A stretch of 64,000 bases of DNA from an uncultured Bacteroidales bacterium (GTDB taxonomy: Bacteria; Bacteroidota; Bacteroidia; Bacteroidales; UBA10428): contig CAYWBC010000006.1 in the NCBI GenBank assembly GCA_964456285.1, positions 4,035 to 68,034 on the forward strand, read 5' to 3'. A program made the translations under genes and the position numbers. Shown piece by piece: positions 20,660 to 29,947 of this stretch (position 1 is the stretch's first letter; every line of letters starts with the position of its first letter). The notes beneath the pieces were generated by a model that had not been told where the DNA came from, did not search any database, and saw only the letters and a program-made list of their open reading frames with translations.

Positions 20660-21499
20660 TTAAATAATAAAATTGATGGGTTCATCCTTCATTTTGCCAT
20701 CCCTTACAACTGTTTTACTCTTGTTGTAGACAACACTGTATGGAGGAATGCTTTTTGTAAGCCATACATTACCTCCTACAATTGAATCATGTCCAATTAC
20801 AGTATCTCCTCCAAGGATTGTACTTCCTGAATAAATGATAACATTATCTTCAATGGTTGGATGACGTTTTGTTCCTCTCATTTTTTTCTCAACCATTATT
20901 GCACCAAGGGTTACTCCCTGGTAGATTTTTACGTTGTTTCCAACAGTTGCAGTTTCGCCAATTACTATTCCTGTACCATGGTCAATAAAAAAGTTTTTTC
21001 CAATAATTGCTCCGGGGTGAATTTCAATCCCGGTATTGCTATGTGCATATTCCGACATCATTCTTGGAAGGAATGGGATCTTTTGCTGGCAAAGTAAATG
21101 AGCCAAACGATAAACAGTAATTGCGTAAAAACCGGGATAATATAATATTATACTTTCCACAGATCTTGCTGCCGGATCAAAGTCAAGAAATTTCTTTGCA
21201 TCATCCATAAGATTGGAATAAATAGACGGAATTTTTGTAAAGAAATCAAGACTTATATCTCCTAAAGGTTTTTTGAGAGTAACTTCAAGAGGGCCTAATA
21301 AGTTTCTAAAATCAAGTTGAAGTTGAGCAAGATTTAATTCTATTTTCGGAAGAGTGCATTTTTTATCCACCTTAAATGGGAAAAGGAAATTTATAAGGTT
21401 CTCAGTGAAAGTTTGAGCCTTAAGCATTGAAGGGACATCCTTTCTGAATTCGTCATATTTTTTCAGTAAAAAAACAGGAAAATTTTCAAAATTATCCAT
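20660..21499 (-). CDS. cysE: Serine O-acetyltransferase (EpsC type)
   Basis: [42 protein letters not shown]. Confidence 0.94.
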   Translation of the reverse strand: MDNFENFPVFLLKKYDEFRKDVPSMLKAQTFTENLINFLFPFKVDKKCTLPKIELNLAQLQLDFRNLLGPLEVTLKKPLGDISLDFFTKIPSIYSNLMDDAKKFLDFDPAARSVESIILYYPGFYAITVYRLAHLLCQQKIPFLPRMMSEYAHSNTGIEIHPGAIIGKNFFIDHGTGIVIGETATVGNNVKIYQGVTLGAIMVEKKMRGTKRHPTIEDNVIIYSGSTILGGDTVIGHDSIVGGNVWLTKSIPPYSVVYNKSKTVVRDGKMKDEPINFII

Positions 21500-21575
21500 T
21501 GTGTATTTTGTTTAAAAAAATGTATTATCCATAAAATAATTTGGAGTTATTGGAAACAACGACAATATGAGCTTG

Positions 21576-21671
21576 CTAGCAACAACACATACACACACCA
21601 CCATTCGAATAGCCTGTACGGCAGGGGAGTAAATTCCAGAAGAATAAGCTTAAAGTGGCGCTGTCTTTCAT
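21576..21671 (-). CDS. Putative Cys-rich leader peptide of cysE-cysK (MKDSATLSLFFWNLLPCRTGYSNGGVCMCCC)
   Basis: Read by hand: ATG at 21671 to TAG at 21576, 31 aa, last codons GTG TGT ATG TGT TGT TGC TAG; A-rich context before the ATG; same strand and 76 nt upstream of cysE. Confidence 0.8.
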   Translation of the reverse strand: MKDSATLSLFFWNLLPCRTGYSNGGVCMCCC

Positions 21672-21750
21672 ATTAGTTGATTCTATAAGTAAATTTCCGA
21701 ATTATTTATAATATAAAGCCGAAATCGCATGAAAATGTTTACGAGATCAG

Positions 21751-22566
21751 CTATTTTTTATTATTTCCCATCCGGACAAGTTTGTTATACGATGTAATCA
21801 GACCTTTGATAACTGATGAACTAAATCCCTGGTGTTCCATTTCATTTAAGCCGGAAATTGTAATGCCCTGAGGTGTTGTTACCTTATCAATCTCTGCTTC
21901 AGGATGTGAATTGTTCTCATGAAGCAATTGGGCAGCACCTTTAACGGTTTGAGAAACTATCAATTGTGATACCTCAGCACTAAACCCAATTTCAATTCCA
22001 CCTTGCGTAGCAGCCCTGACAAATCGCAGTGCAAAGGCAATACCACAAGCCCCCAAAACTGTGACTGCATCCAGTTGTTCTTCAGGAAGAATAATTGTTT
22101 TTCCAAGCTGCTCAAAAAGATTTACAGTCTTTTTTTCTTGTTCTTTGCTCGTATTATTAAAACAAATACAGGTCATTGATTCTCTAATTTCGATTGCTGT
22201 ATTTGGCATAATCCTTACTATAGGCTGTTTGCCTAAAGTGTCAGATATTTCAGAAAGGCTGACGCCTGTAACAGTAGATATAATAATTTGATCAGGTTTC
22301 AGATTGGGTTTGAGCTCTTCCAGAACAGATGTAAATTGTTGTGGTTTTACCGATATTATGATTACATTAGTATTATTTGTAACTTTTTTTATATCGCTAT
22401 CAATGGTATTGAAACCTGCTTCCTTAAGATATTCAACCCTCTGTTTTCGTTTTTCACAAATCACAAGGTTTTTGTTTGAAATATCCTTTAAGGAAAGAAT
22501 CCCTTTTGCAATAGATGATCCAAGATTCCCTCCACCAATGATTGCTATTTTATTAAAAGTTGCCAT
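21751..22566 (-). CDS. proC: Pyrroline-5-carboxylate reductase
   Basis: GGGNLG, VKPQ, RIMPNT, VTTPQGIT. Confidence 0.95.
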   Translation of the reverse strand: MATFNKIAIIGGGNLGSSIAKGILSLKDISNKNLVICEKRKQRVEYLKEAGFNTIDSDIKKVTNNTNVIIISVKPQQFTSVLEELKPNLKPDQIIISTVTGVSLSEISDTLGKQPIVRIMPNTAIEIRESMTCICFNNTSKEQEKKTVNLFEQLGKTIILPEEQLDAVTVLGACGIAFALRFVRAATQGGIEIGFSAEVSQLIVSQTVKGAAQLLHENNSHPEAEIDKVTTPQGITISGLNEMEHQGFSSSVIKGLITSYNKLVRMGNNKK

Positions 22567-22645
22567 TTTTATTCAGGTAGAGTATGATTTCAGGCAGTAA
22601 AGATAATTAAAGGTTTCAAATTAGTATTTTAAGTATGAGTGATGC

Positions 22646-23734
22646 TTAATTTTTTCTTTTTCTTAGAAGAGGCATGCTTACAGCCAAAAGAATAATAGCA
22701 ATTGTGATTATATAACTCCATTTATTGGTCTTTTTGGACTCGGCCCACATAGTATAATCTGTAAATACAAAAAACTCAGGTCCAAAATTCCAGTTTGGAA
22801 TTCCACCAATTATATTGCTTGCATTTGTATTTATCAAGGTTCCGGGCATAGAAACATTATGGGTATAGTCGTTATTTAAGTTGGCCAGGTAATCAGTATT
22901 TAACTTTTTATCAAACGATTTGAAAGCAAGTGTATCAGTAAATAATAAATCAGTGAAAGCTTTTGTATTATATATATTATCCAGGTGAGACAAAATTTGA
23001 TTAGCAGATGTATCAGATGATTCCCCTTCAGTTAAACAGAGACTCATTCTTGTTTGGGCTAACATCTCTGATTTTGCTTTTTCAAGATCTGTTTTCGAGA
23101 AAAAGTAGTTTGTTGAGTTCTTACTTTGCTTTACTAACTCAAGATAAAATTCTTCAAAAATATTTTCTGAAATAAAGTTGTCAACCTTTTTATCAAGATT
23201 TTTCTCAATTCTAGCACGCTCTATGGAATCTTTACCGGCATAAAAAACTGAATCTGTAACAGGATCCTCAAAAATAGATACTTCAATTTCTTCCTGGGTC
23301 ATGTAATCGCTTAGCGGAAAATGCTTAAAAGGAAACTGCTGGATATAGGTTTCCTCGTATCTGTATTTTGCGTAAAACCATCGGAATTTTTTAATAAGTT
23401 TCATTGTAAGATTAGGCTCTTCAGATGTAAAATCTTTTTTGTAGAATTCATTATTCATTGCTTTTACACTCTTGAATTTTTTCTGAACTGTTACAACAGC
23501 AAAGGTTTTATTTTCAGCCGTGTCGGTTTCCCACCTGACAGTTTTTTTCCAGGTAGTGTCAATGACAATGAAGAAAGGGTTACCATTATACTTATTGGAA
23601 TCCAGGCGGGCGGTCATGGTACGTAAGCAAGATCCATCGGCGAATACCCTTGTTGTGATGGTATAGTCTATTCCACAAGCAGTTAGTAGCAATATTAAGC
23701 TTACTGTGAATGCCCAATGACTAATTTTTTTCAT
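22646..23734 (-). CDS. Hypothetical lipoprotein with C-terminal transmembrane helix
   Basis: Lipobox LLTAC at aa 16-20; C-terminal hydrophobic helix followed by basic RKRKN. Confidence 0.65.
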   Translation of the reverse strand: MKKISHWAFTVSLILLLTACGIDYTITTRVFADGSCLRTMTARLDSNKYNGNPFFIVIDTTWKKTVRWETDTAENKTFAVVTVQKKFKSVKAMNNEFYKKDFTSEEPNLTMKLIKKFRWFYAKYRYEETYIQQFPFKHFPLSDYMTQEEIEVSIFEDPVTDSVFYAGKDSIERARIEKNLDKKVDNFISENIFEEFYLELVKQSKNSTNYFFSKTDLEKAKSEMLAQTRMSLCLTEGESSDTSANQILSHLDNIYNTKAFTDLLFTDTLAFKSFDKKLNTDYLANLNNDYTHNVSMPGTLINTNASNIIGGIPNWNFGPEFFVFTDYTMWAESKKTNKWSYIITIAIILLAVSMPLLRKRKN

Positions 23735-23744
23735 AACGAATTAT

Positions 23745-24371
23745 TTATAGTTTGTGTGTAGGATATTTACATTCTTTAAGTGTTCTTTGAAGTTCTTTAT
23801 ATACTTCCGGATGATTGATTCGGAGATAATTTAATATAGTAGATTTTTCTTCCTGAATAGATCTATAGCTATCGATAAGCTCCAATACCTCCTCCTCAGT
23901 GATTTCGAGTTTTTCTAATAGTTTTGGATTGTCTAAGAATGAAACAATATCTATTTCATTTGCCCTTATATCCTTGGTGTCAGGATAGTCTTGTAATTCA
24001 ATTCTTACTTTGAGATCTTTCAGGTTTCTTTTTATCTGCATTTGCTGAATAAGAAACAGACCGATCAGAAATACCGCTGCTGCATTAATAATTATTCGAA
24101 GAGTTCTGTAGCTAATTATTTGCGGATGGCGTATTTTCTGGAAAGCATTTATTTCTTTAAAAATAGAATTTATAGTGTTTTCCTTTTTTTCATCCTTAGG
24201 TATTGTAGTTCTTAGTTTTCTGGTAAGCTTGAATAATTGCTTATTTCTTTCAAGTTCTACAGTACATTTTTCACAGTTTTTCAAATGACTTTCCAAAAGA
24301 ACTCTTTCTTCCGGACTAATTTCCTCATAAAGAAATTGGATTAATAAATCCTGGTAGTCTTTGCATTCCAT
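23745..24371 (-). CDS. Zinc-binding anti-sigma factor (ZAS/zf-HC2) with a TM helix
   Basis: MECKDYQ..HLKNCEKC (HxxxCxxC), central TM, directly downstream of an ECF sigma; start moved to 24371. Confidence 0.85.
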   Translation of the reverse strand: MECKDYQDLLIQFLYEEISPEERVLLESHLKNCEKCTVELERNKQLFKLTRKLRTTIPKDEKKENTINSIFKEINAFQKIRHPQIISYRTLRIIINAAAVFLIGLFLIQQMQIKRNLKDLKVRIELQDYPDTKDIRANEIDIVSFLDNPKLLEKLEITEEEVLELIDSYRSIQEEKSTILNYLRINHPEVYKELQRTLKECKYPTHKL

Positions 24372-24381
24372 AATACAAGGT

Positions 24382-24936
24382 TTAATATTCAACTTTATAA
24401 ATTGTAACCAGTTTTTCCCGGATAGCCTTTCGGGCATGCCACAGATTACTTTTTACTCTTGATGCAGATAGTTTTATTATTTTGGCGATTTCTTCCATCT
24501 CAAGGCCCTCAAGATCGCGCAATACAAAAATGGCGCGTTGTTTGGGGCTTAGTTCATTTGCGATACAGGCAATTATTGATGCCAGGTCTTTTTTTGCAAG
24601 TTGGTCTTCTTCATTCGAGAGGTTTACCTTCCTGAGTGCTTCTTCACAATATATATCTGAATGTATTTTTTGTTTTCTCAAACTATCGATACAGAGATTA
24701 GTAACAATAGTATACAGCCAGGTAGTGAATTTTATTTTTTCGTTATAGGAAGAAATATTTTTCCAAACTCTGATAAAAGTTTCCTGTACAATGTCTTTGG
24801 CATCCTCTTCCTGTGCTAATATTCTGAAAGCTACCCTATAGATATAATCATAATTTTCTTCGCATAAAATTGCAAAGGCATTTTCATCACCAGCTTTACA
24901 TTTCCTAAGAATAGAGGATTGATTTCTGGATGCCAT
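24382..24936 (-). CDS. ECF (sigma-70 group 4) RNA polymerase sigma factor
   Basis: Region 2 DIVQETFIRVW..FTTWLY; region 4 LSPKQRAIFVLR..EIA..VKSNL. Confidence 0.93.
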   Translation of the reverse strand: MASRNQSSILRKCKAGDENAFAILCEENYDYIYRVAFRILAQEEDAKDIVQETFIRVWKNISSYNEKIKFTTWLYTIVTNLCIDSLRKQKIHSDIYCEEALRKVNLSNEEDQLAKKDLASIIACIANELSPKQRAIFVLRDLEGLEMEEIAKIIKLSASRVKSNLWHARKAIREKLVTIYKVEY

Positions 24937-24982
24937 ACTGCAATTTATGTTTTTTAATGATACGCAGTAGTGCTATAAAAGT

Positions 24983-25012
24983 AAAAAAAGGCCCGCTGAT
25001 TTCAGTGGGCCT
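24983..25012 (-). terminator. Intrinsic terminator of pgk
   Basis: Minus strand AGGCCCACTGA-AA-TCAGCGGGCCT followed by a T run. Confidence 0.85.
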
Positions 25013-25033
25013 GATAATATTATGTTGAGTAAT

Positions 25034-26242
25034 TTATTCCTGAATAGCTTTAATACCAGGGAGTTCTTTTCCTTCCATATATTCCAGCATGGCTCCGCCA
25101 CCTGTTGAAACATAGGAAACTTTATCAGCAAGATTGTTTTTATTGATAGCAGCAACTGAATCTCCGCCACCAATAAGTGTAAATGCTCCGTTGGCAGTAG
25201 CATCAGCTAAGGCATGGGCAATTGCCGAGGTTCCTTTTGCAAATTTTTCCATTTCAAACACACCCATCGGGCCATTCCACAGAATAGTCTTTGACTTTTT
25301 GATTACTTCTGTAAAAGTCTTAATAGTTTCTTCACCAATATCCAAGCCCATCCAATCTTCAGGCGTCTCATCAGTTTTGGAAGTATTAGTGCTGGCCTCT
25401 GCATCAAACTTATCTGCATTTATAGCATCTACAGGAATGTAAACTTTCACATTGTTTTGCTGTGCCTTTTTGAGAATATCAAGTGCCAGGTCAAGTTTAT
25501 CCTCTTCACAAAGTGAATTGCCAATTTTTCCACCTTTTGCTTTGATGAAGGTATAGGTCATTCCACCTCCAATTAGCAAATTGTCAATGTTTGGAAGAAG
25601 TTTTTCAATGATTAGAATCTTGTCAGATACTTTTGCGCCTCCCATGATAGCGGTGAATGGTTTCTCGGCATCTTTTATCACTTTGTCCATGGCTTTCAAC
25701 TCACTATTGATGAGAAAGCCAAACATCTTGTTATCCTTACTGAAAAATTCAGCTATAATTGCCGTTGAAGCATGTGCACGGTGTGCAGTGCCAAATGCAT
25801 CATTCACATAAACGTCGACGCCATTAGCCAGCTTTTCTGCAAAGCCTTTCATGCCTTCCTTATTTTTATCTTCTTCAAGATGGAACCGAAGGTTTTCAAG
25901 CAGCAAAATTTCCCCCGGCTTAAGATCATTTTTCATCTGAAGTGCTTCAGCGCTTATACAATCATCAGCAAATTTTATATTCACCCCGGGCAGATGTTTC
26001 TGAAGTGCCGGGATAACATGTTTCAGGGAGAATTTATCTTCAGGTCCGGTCTTTGGACGTCCCAGATGAGACATTAGAATTGCAGAACCTTTGTCGTTTA
26101 ATATCTTCCTGATGGTAGGTAATGCACCTCTTATTCGTGTATCGTCTGTTACCTCTAAAGTTTCTTTATTCAATGGAACGTTAAAATCGACACGCACGAT
26201 TACTTTTTTTCCTAAAAAATTATAGTTATCAATTGTTTGCAT
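25034..26242 (-). CDS. pgk: Phosphoglycerate kinase
   Basis: [44 protein letters not shown]; start moved to 26242. Confidence 0.98.
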   Translation of the reverse strand: MQTIDNYNFLGKKVIVRVDFNVPLNKETLEVTDDTRIRGALPTIRKILNDKGSAILMSHLGRPKTGPEDKFSLKHVIPALQKHLPGVNIKFADDCISAEALQMKNDLKPGEILLLENLRFHLEEDKNKEGMKGFAEKLANGVDVYVNDAFGTAHRAHASTAIIAEFFSKDNKMFGFLINSELKAMDKVIKDAEKPFTAIMGGAKVSDKILIIEKLLPNIDNLLIGGGMTYTFIKAKGGKIGNSLCEEDKLDLALDILKKAQQNNVKVYIPVDAINADKFDAEASTNTSKTDETPEDWMGLDIGEETIKTFTEVIKKSKTILWNGPMGVFEMEKFAKGTSAIAHALADATANGAFTLIGGGDSVAAINKNNLADKVSYVSTGGGAMLEYMEGKELPGIKAIQE

Positions 26243-26274
26243 TGGTGTACTGTTTGAGGTTAAAAATTGAGCTG

Positions 26275-26307
26275 CAAAGGTAAACAAACTATTTTTATTT
26301 ACCTTTG
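26275..26307. promoter_or_regulatory. Back-to-back divergent -7 elements (TACCTTTG on each strand) for pgk and holB
   Basis: CAAAGGTA at 26275-26282 and TACCTTTG at 26300-26307, within a perfect 10-bp inverted repeat. Confidence 0.55.
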
Positions 26308-26370
26308 GAACTCGTCATACAGAATGCCATTTTTGCAGTTTTAGTTTTAAATAAAGACCTTAAATAATTA

Positions 26371-27507
26371 ATGTTATTTTCACAGGTAATAGGACAAGGG
26401 GAGTTGAAGAAGAAATTAATAAATTCTGTTAAGGATGGTCGTATCCCTCATGCTCAACTTTTTTTTGGCCCTGAAGGTTCCGGATCACTGCCTCTGGCAA
26501 TAGCATATGCTCAATTTATTGTCTGTGATAATAGAGAAGAAATGGATTCTTGCGGCCAGTGTCCTGAATGTCAGAAAATATCCAAACTCAGTCACCCCGA
26601 TTTACATTTTTCATTTCCGGTAAGTACTACCAGTAAAGTACTTAAAGACCCGATCAGTGATAATTTCATTTCTGAATGGAGAGAATTTGCAAAGACAGAA
26701 CCCTATTTTAGTATAGGCCAATGGTATGAATTTATTGGGATTGAGAATAAGCAGGGACTTATCAGTAAGAGAGAAAGCGAAGAAATAATTAAAAAATTAA
26801 GGTTTAAGCCTTTTGAGTCTGAATATAAATTCATGATTATTTGGTTGCCTGAAAAGATGAATGCTTCTGCTGCGAACGTTTTACTAAAATTAATTGAAGA
26901 ACCACCCTCAAAAACGATATTCCTTTTGGTCAGTGATCAACCAGAGCAGTTGCTATCTACAATTAGCTCCAGAGTTCAACCTGTGAAACTTGACAGAATT
27001 GATGAGGTATCATTTTCTCATGCCCTTGAAGCGAAATATAACCTGCCGAAAGAAGAGTTATCAAATATTATAAGATTGTCTGGAGGAAGTTATATCAAGG
27101 CTAATGAAATTATTCTTACATCTGAGGAAAATACATATTATCTGGAAAAGTTTGTGCAAATTATGAGGTTCTGTTATTCACGTAGTTTTCTTGAAATTAA
27201 CTCATGGGTAGAGGAAATGTCATCTACTGGAAGAGAGAAATTGAAAAACTTTTTGCATTACTCTCTGAGACTAATAAGAGAGAACTTTATTCTTAATCTT
27301 AAGAATTCAAAACTTAATTATCTAACAAAAGGAGAACAGGATTTTTCAAAAAAATTTCATCCATTCATCAATGGGAGCAATGTGATAAAAATAAATGAAG
27401 AGCTAAATCGGGCATATTCTGACATTGAAAGAAATGCCTATGCCAAAATTGTCCTTTTTGATTTGACTTTACATTTTATGAAACTTATTCCTAATAAATT
27501 GAAATAA
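26371..27507 (+). CDS. holB: DNA polymerase III subunit delta'
   Basis: HAQLFFGPEGSG, C..C..C zinc module, HPDLHF, LLKLIEEPP, SRVQ. Confidence 0.93.
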   Translation: MLFSQVIGQGELKKKLINSVKDGRIPHAQLFFGPEGSGSLPLAIAYAQFIVCDNREEMDSCGQCPECQKISKLSHPDLHFSFPVSTTSKVLKDPISDNFISEWREFAKTEPYFSIGQWYEFIGIENKQGLISKRESEEIIKKLRFKPFESEYKFMIIWLPEKMNASAANVLLKLIEEPPSKTIFLLVSDQPEQLLSTISSRVQPVKLDRIDEVSFSHALEAKYNLPKEELSNIIRLSGGSYIKANEIILTSEENTYYLEKFVQIMRFCYSRSFLEINSWVEEMSSTGREKLKNFLHYSLRLIRENFILNLKNSKLNYLTKGEQDFSKKFHPFINGSNVIKINEELNRAYSDIERNAYAKIVLFDLTLHFMKLIPNKLK

Positions 27508-27598
27508 GATTTGGAGGAGGATTGAATTTGCATAGGATGTTAAGTACGATGTCTTTTGTTTTTTTTAGATTTGTTGAATAATTGGGAAAATAGAAAAA

Positions 27599-28756
27599 AT
27601 GAGTAACGAGAAATTATCAGAAACAATGCCGGGTAGTGATTTAAGTTCTGATCAATCAACGCAATGCTTCGGCAATTGTGTGAGATCTTGTGGAAAACTC
27701 ACATCTTATGATTGGTTGAAGGACATCACTGCAATGCAGGGATTTGAGGAAGTTGCGGAAATCAGATTTAAAAATACAAGAAAAGCATATTTTCATAATT
27801 TAAATCAATTGCAGTTGGAAGTAGGAGATATTGTTGCAGTTGAAGCTTCACCAGGGCATGATATTGGCATTGTCTCTATGGTTGGACAGATGGTACTCTT
27901 TAAAATGCAATGTGAGGGGATCAACTACAAAGAGCAGGAATACAAAAAGATTTACCGCAAGGCTAAACAGATAGATATTGACAAATGGAAGGAAGCAACT
28001 GCACTTGAGAACAAAACGATGATTAAAGCAAGGCAAATTTCTTCCGATCTGAAACTTGAAATGAAAATTGGGGATGTTGAATATCAGGGTGACAAAACCA
28101 AAGCAGTTTTCTATTACATTGCTGATGAAAGAGTAGATTTTCGTGAACTCATAAAAGTGCTGGCTGATGAATTTAAAATAAGGATTGAGATGCGTCAAAT
28201 TGGAGCTAGACAGGAAGCTGGAAGGATTGGTGGTATTGGTGCCTGCGGACGTGAATTATGCTGTTCAAAATGGGTTACAAATTTTGTATCTGTTACAACT
28301 AATGCTGCACGCTATCAAGAAGTATCCTTAAATCCGCAAAAATTAGCTGGTCAATGCAGTAAGCTAAAATGTTGTTTAAATTATGAATTGAATGCATATT
28401 TAGATGCTCAGGAGGATTTTCCAGATACTTCAATACCTCTTGAAACCAAGATTGGTAAAGCATTTCATCAGAAAACTGATGTTTTTCAACGCTTAATGTG
28501 GTATAGTATTAACACGGATTCCAAGCATAGTATTAGCTGCCTCAATGTAGATCAGGTCAAGGAAATAATAGAAATGAACAAAAGAGGTGAAACGCCGGAA
28601 CAATTGCAGGGAGTTGAGGAGTCTTCTATGGCTTCAGTTATCGATTACCAGAACGCAGTGGGAGAAGAAAGCCTTACACGTTTTGAAGATGCTCCTAAAA
28701 AATCTAAGCAGGGCCAGAAAAAGAAATTCAGACATCATCCTAATAAAAGAAGATAA
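27599..28756 (+). CDS. ricT: PSP1-domain protein RicT/YaaT
   Basis: RVDFRELIK, RIEMRQIGARQEA, GGIGACGRELCC, KLAGQCSKLKCCLNYE. Confidence 0.9.
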   Translation: MSNEKLSETMPGSDLSSDQSTQCFGNCVRSCGKLTSYDWLKDITAMQGFEEVAEIRFKNTRKAYFHNLNQLQLEVGDIVAVEASPGHDIGIVSMVGQMVLFKMQCEGINYKEQEYKKIYRKAKQIDIDKWKEATALENKTMIKARQISSDLKLEMKIGDVEYQGDKTKAVFYYIADERVDFRELIKVLADEFKIRIEMRQIGARQEAGRIGGIGACGRELCCSKWVTNFVSVTTNAARYQEVSLNPQKLAGQCSKLKCCLNYELNAYLDAQEDFPDTSIPLETKIGKAFHQKTDVFQRLMWYSINTDSKHSISCLNVDQVKEIIEMNKRGETPEQLQGVEESSMASVIDYQNAVGEESLTRFEDAPKKSKQGQKKKFRHHPNKRR

Positions 28757-28757
28757 T

Positions 28758-29228
28758 ATGTTGAAGTCCTTTATAATAATTTCGGGCATTCTTTATTTAT
28801 TATTACTGAATTCTTGTCAACGGAATGAGTTATATGATAAGACTTTTTCTTTTTCTGATGATAACTGGAGCTATGATCAAGTTGTTAATTTTGAATTTTA
28901 TGTGCCTGATACTTCAAAATCCTATGATTTGTTTCTTCAATTAAGAAATTCAGGTTTGTATTCCTATAGTAATATCTGGTTGTTTGTTGAAACCAAGGCT
29001 CCCAATGGGAATGTGCTGCGAGATACATTAGAAATAATGCTGGTAGATGAAACTGGCCGTTGGCTGGGTAAGGGAATAGGGAATGTGAATGAAATGCAGG
29101 TTTCTTATAAAAATAATGCCTACTTCCTTAACAGAGGAATATTTAATATTTCAATTCAACACGCAATGCGTGATTCTGTGCTTATGGGAATTATGGATTT
29201 AGGATTTCGATTACAGTACCACCAATAA
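28758..29228 (+). CDS. gldH: Gliding motility lipoprotein GldH
   Basis: Lipobox LLNSC, LRNSGLYSYSNIWL, DTLE..L.D..G.WLG.G, QHAMR; start moved to 28758. Confidence 0.85.
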   Translation: MLKSFIIISGILYLLLLNSCQRNELYDKTFSFSDDNWSYDQVVNFEFYVPDTSKSYDLFLQLRNSGLYSYSNIWLFVETKAPNGNVLRDTLEIMLVDETGRWLGKGIGNVNEMQVSYKNNAYFLNRGIFNISIQHAMRDSVLMGIMDLGFRLQYHQ

Positions 29229-29239
29229 AATCCTCTCTT

Positions 29240-29947
29240 GTGTCAAAAGGTAAGTTGCAAAAATTTTCTGAAATGAATTCTTTCAGGAACGTTGTTCAAC
29301 CATCGTTTGAAGAAGTTTTTCATAAGGATTATACTTTGAAAGGACAGTGGAACAGCAAATTCTTTAATGAAAATTTGCCTTTAACTATTGAACTGGGGTG
29401 TGGACGTGGAGAATATTCTGTTTCCATGGCACAGATATTTTCTGATAGAAACTTTATTGGGGTAGACATTAAAGGAGCCAGAATTTGGAAAGGAGCGAAA
29501 GAAGCACTTGAGAATAAAGTAAATAATGTGGGATTTATTAGAACCAGAATAGACCTTATTGAATCCTTTTTTTCAAAAGATGAGGTAAGCGAGGTATGGA
29601 TTACATTTCCTGATCCACAATTGAAAAAGGCAAGAAAGAGACTTACCTCGGCAAGATTTCTTAATATGTACAAAGGCTTTCTTAAAGCCGGTGGTCTTAT
29701 TCACTTAAAAACCGACAATGCCGAGCTGTTTGACTACACCTTAGAAATAGCAAAACTGAATAAATTTGAAATAGAATTTGCCACCAATGATCTTTACAAT
29801 GAAAAAGCCATAGATGATGTATTGAACATAGAGACATATTATGAAAAAATGTGGCTGGAACAGGGGCTTAATATTCATTATTTGCGATTCAAAATTAATG
29901 GTAATCATGTCATTAAAGAACTTCCGGACAGTAAAAAAGGAAAATGA
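29240..29947 (+). CDS. trmB: tRNA (guanine-N7)-methyltransferase
   Basis: GTG start; ELGCGRGEY, GVDIKGARIW, ITFPDPQ, HLKTD. Confidence 0.94.
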   Translation: MSKGKLQKFSEMNSFRNVVQPSFEEVFHKDYTLKGQWNSKFFNENLPLTIELGCGRGEYSVSMAQIFSDRNFIGVDIKGARIWKGAKEALENKVNNVGFIRTRIDLIESFFSKDEVSEVWITFPDPQLKKARKRLTSARFLNMYKGFLKAGGLIHLKTDNAELFDYTLEIAKLNKFEIEFATNDLYNEKAIDDVLNIETYYEKMWLEQGLNIHYLRFKINGNHVIKELPDSKKGK

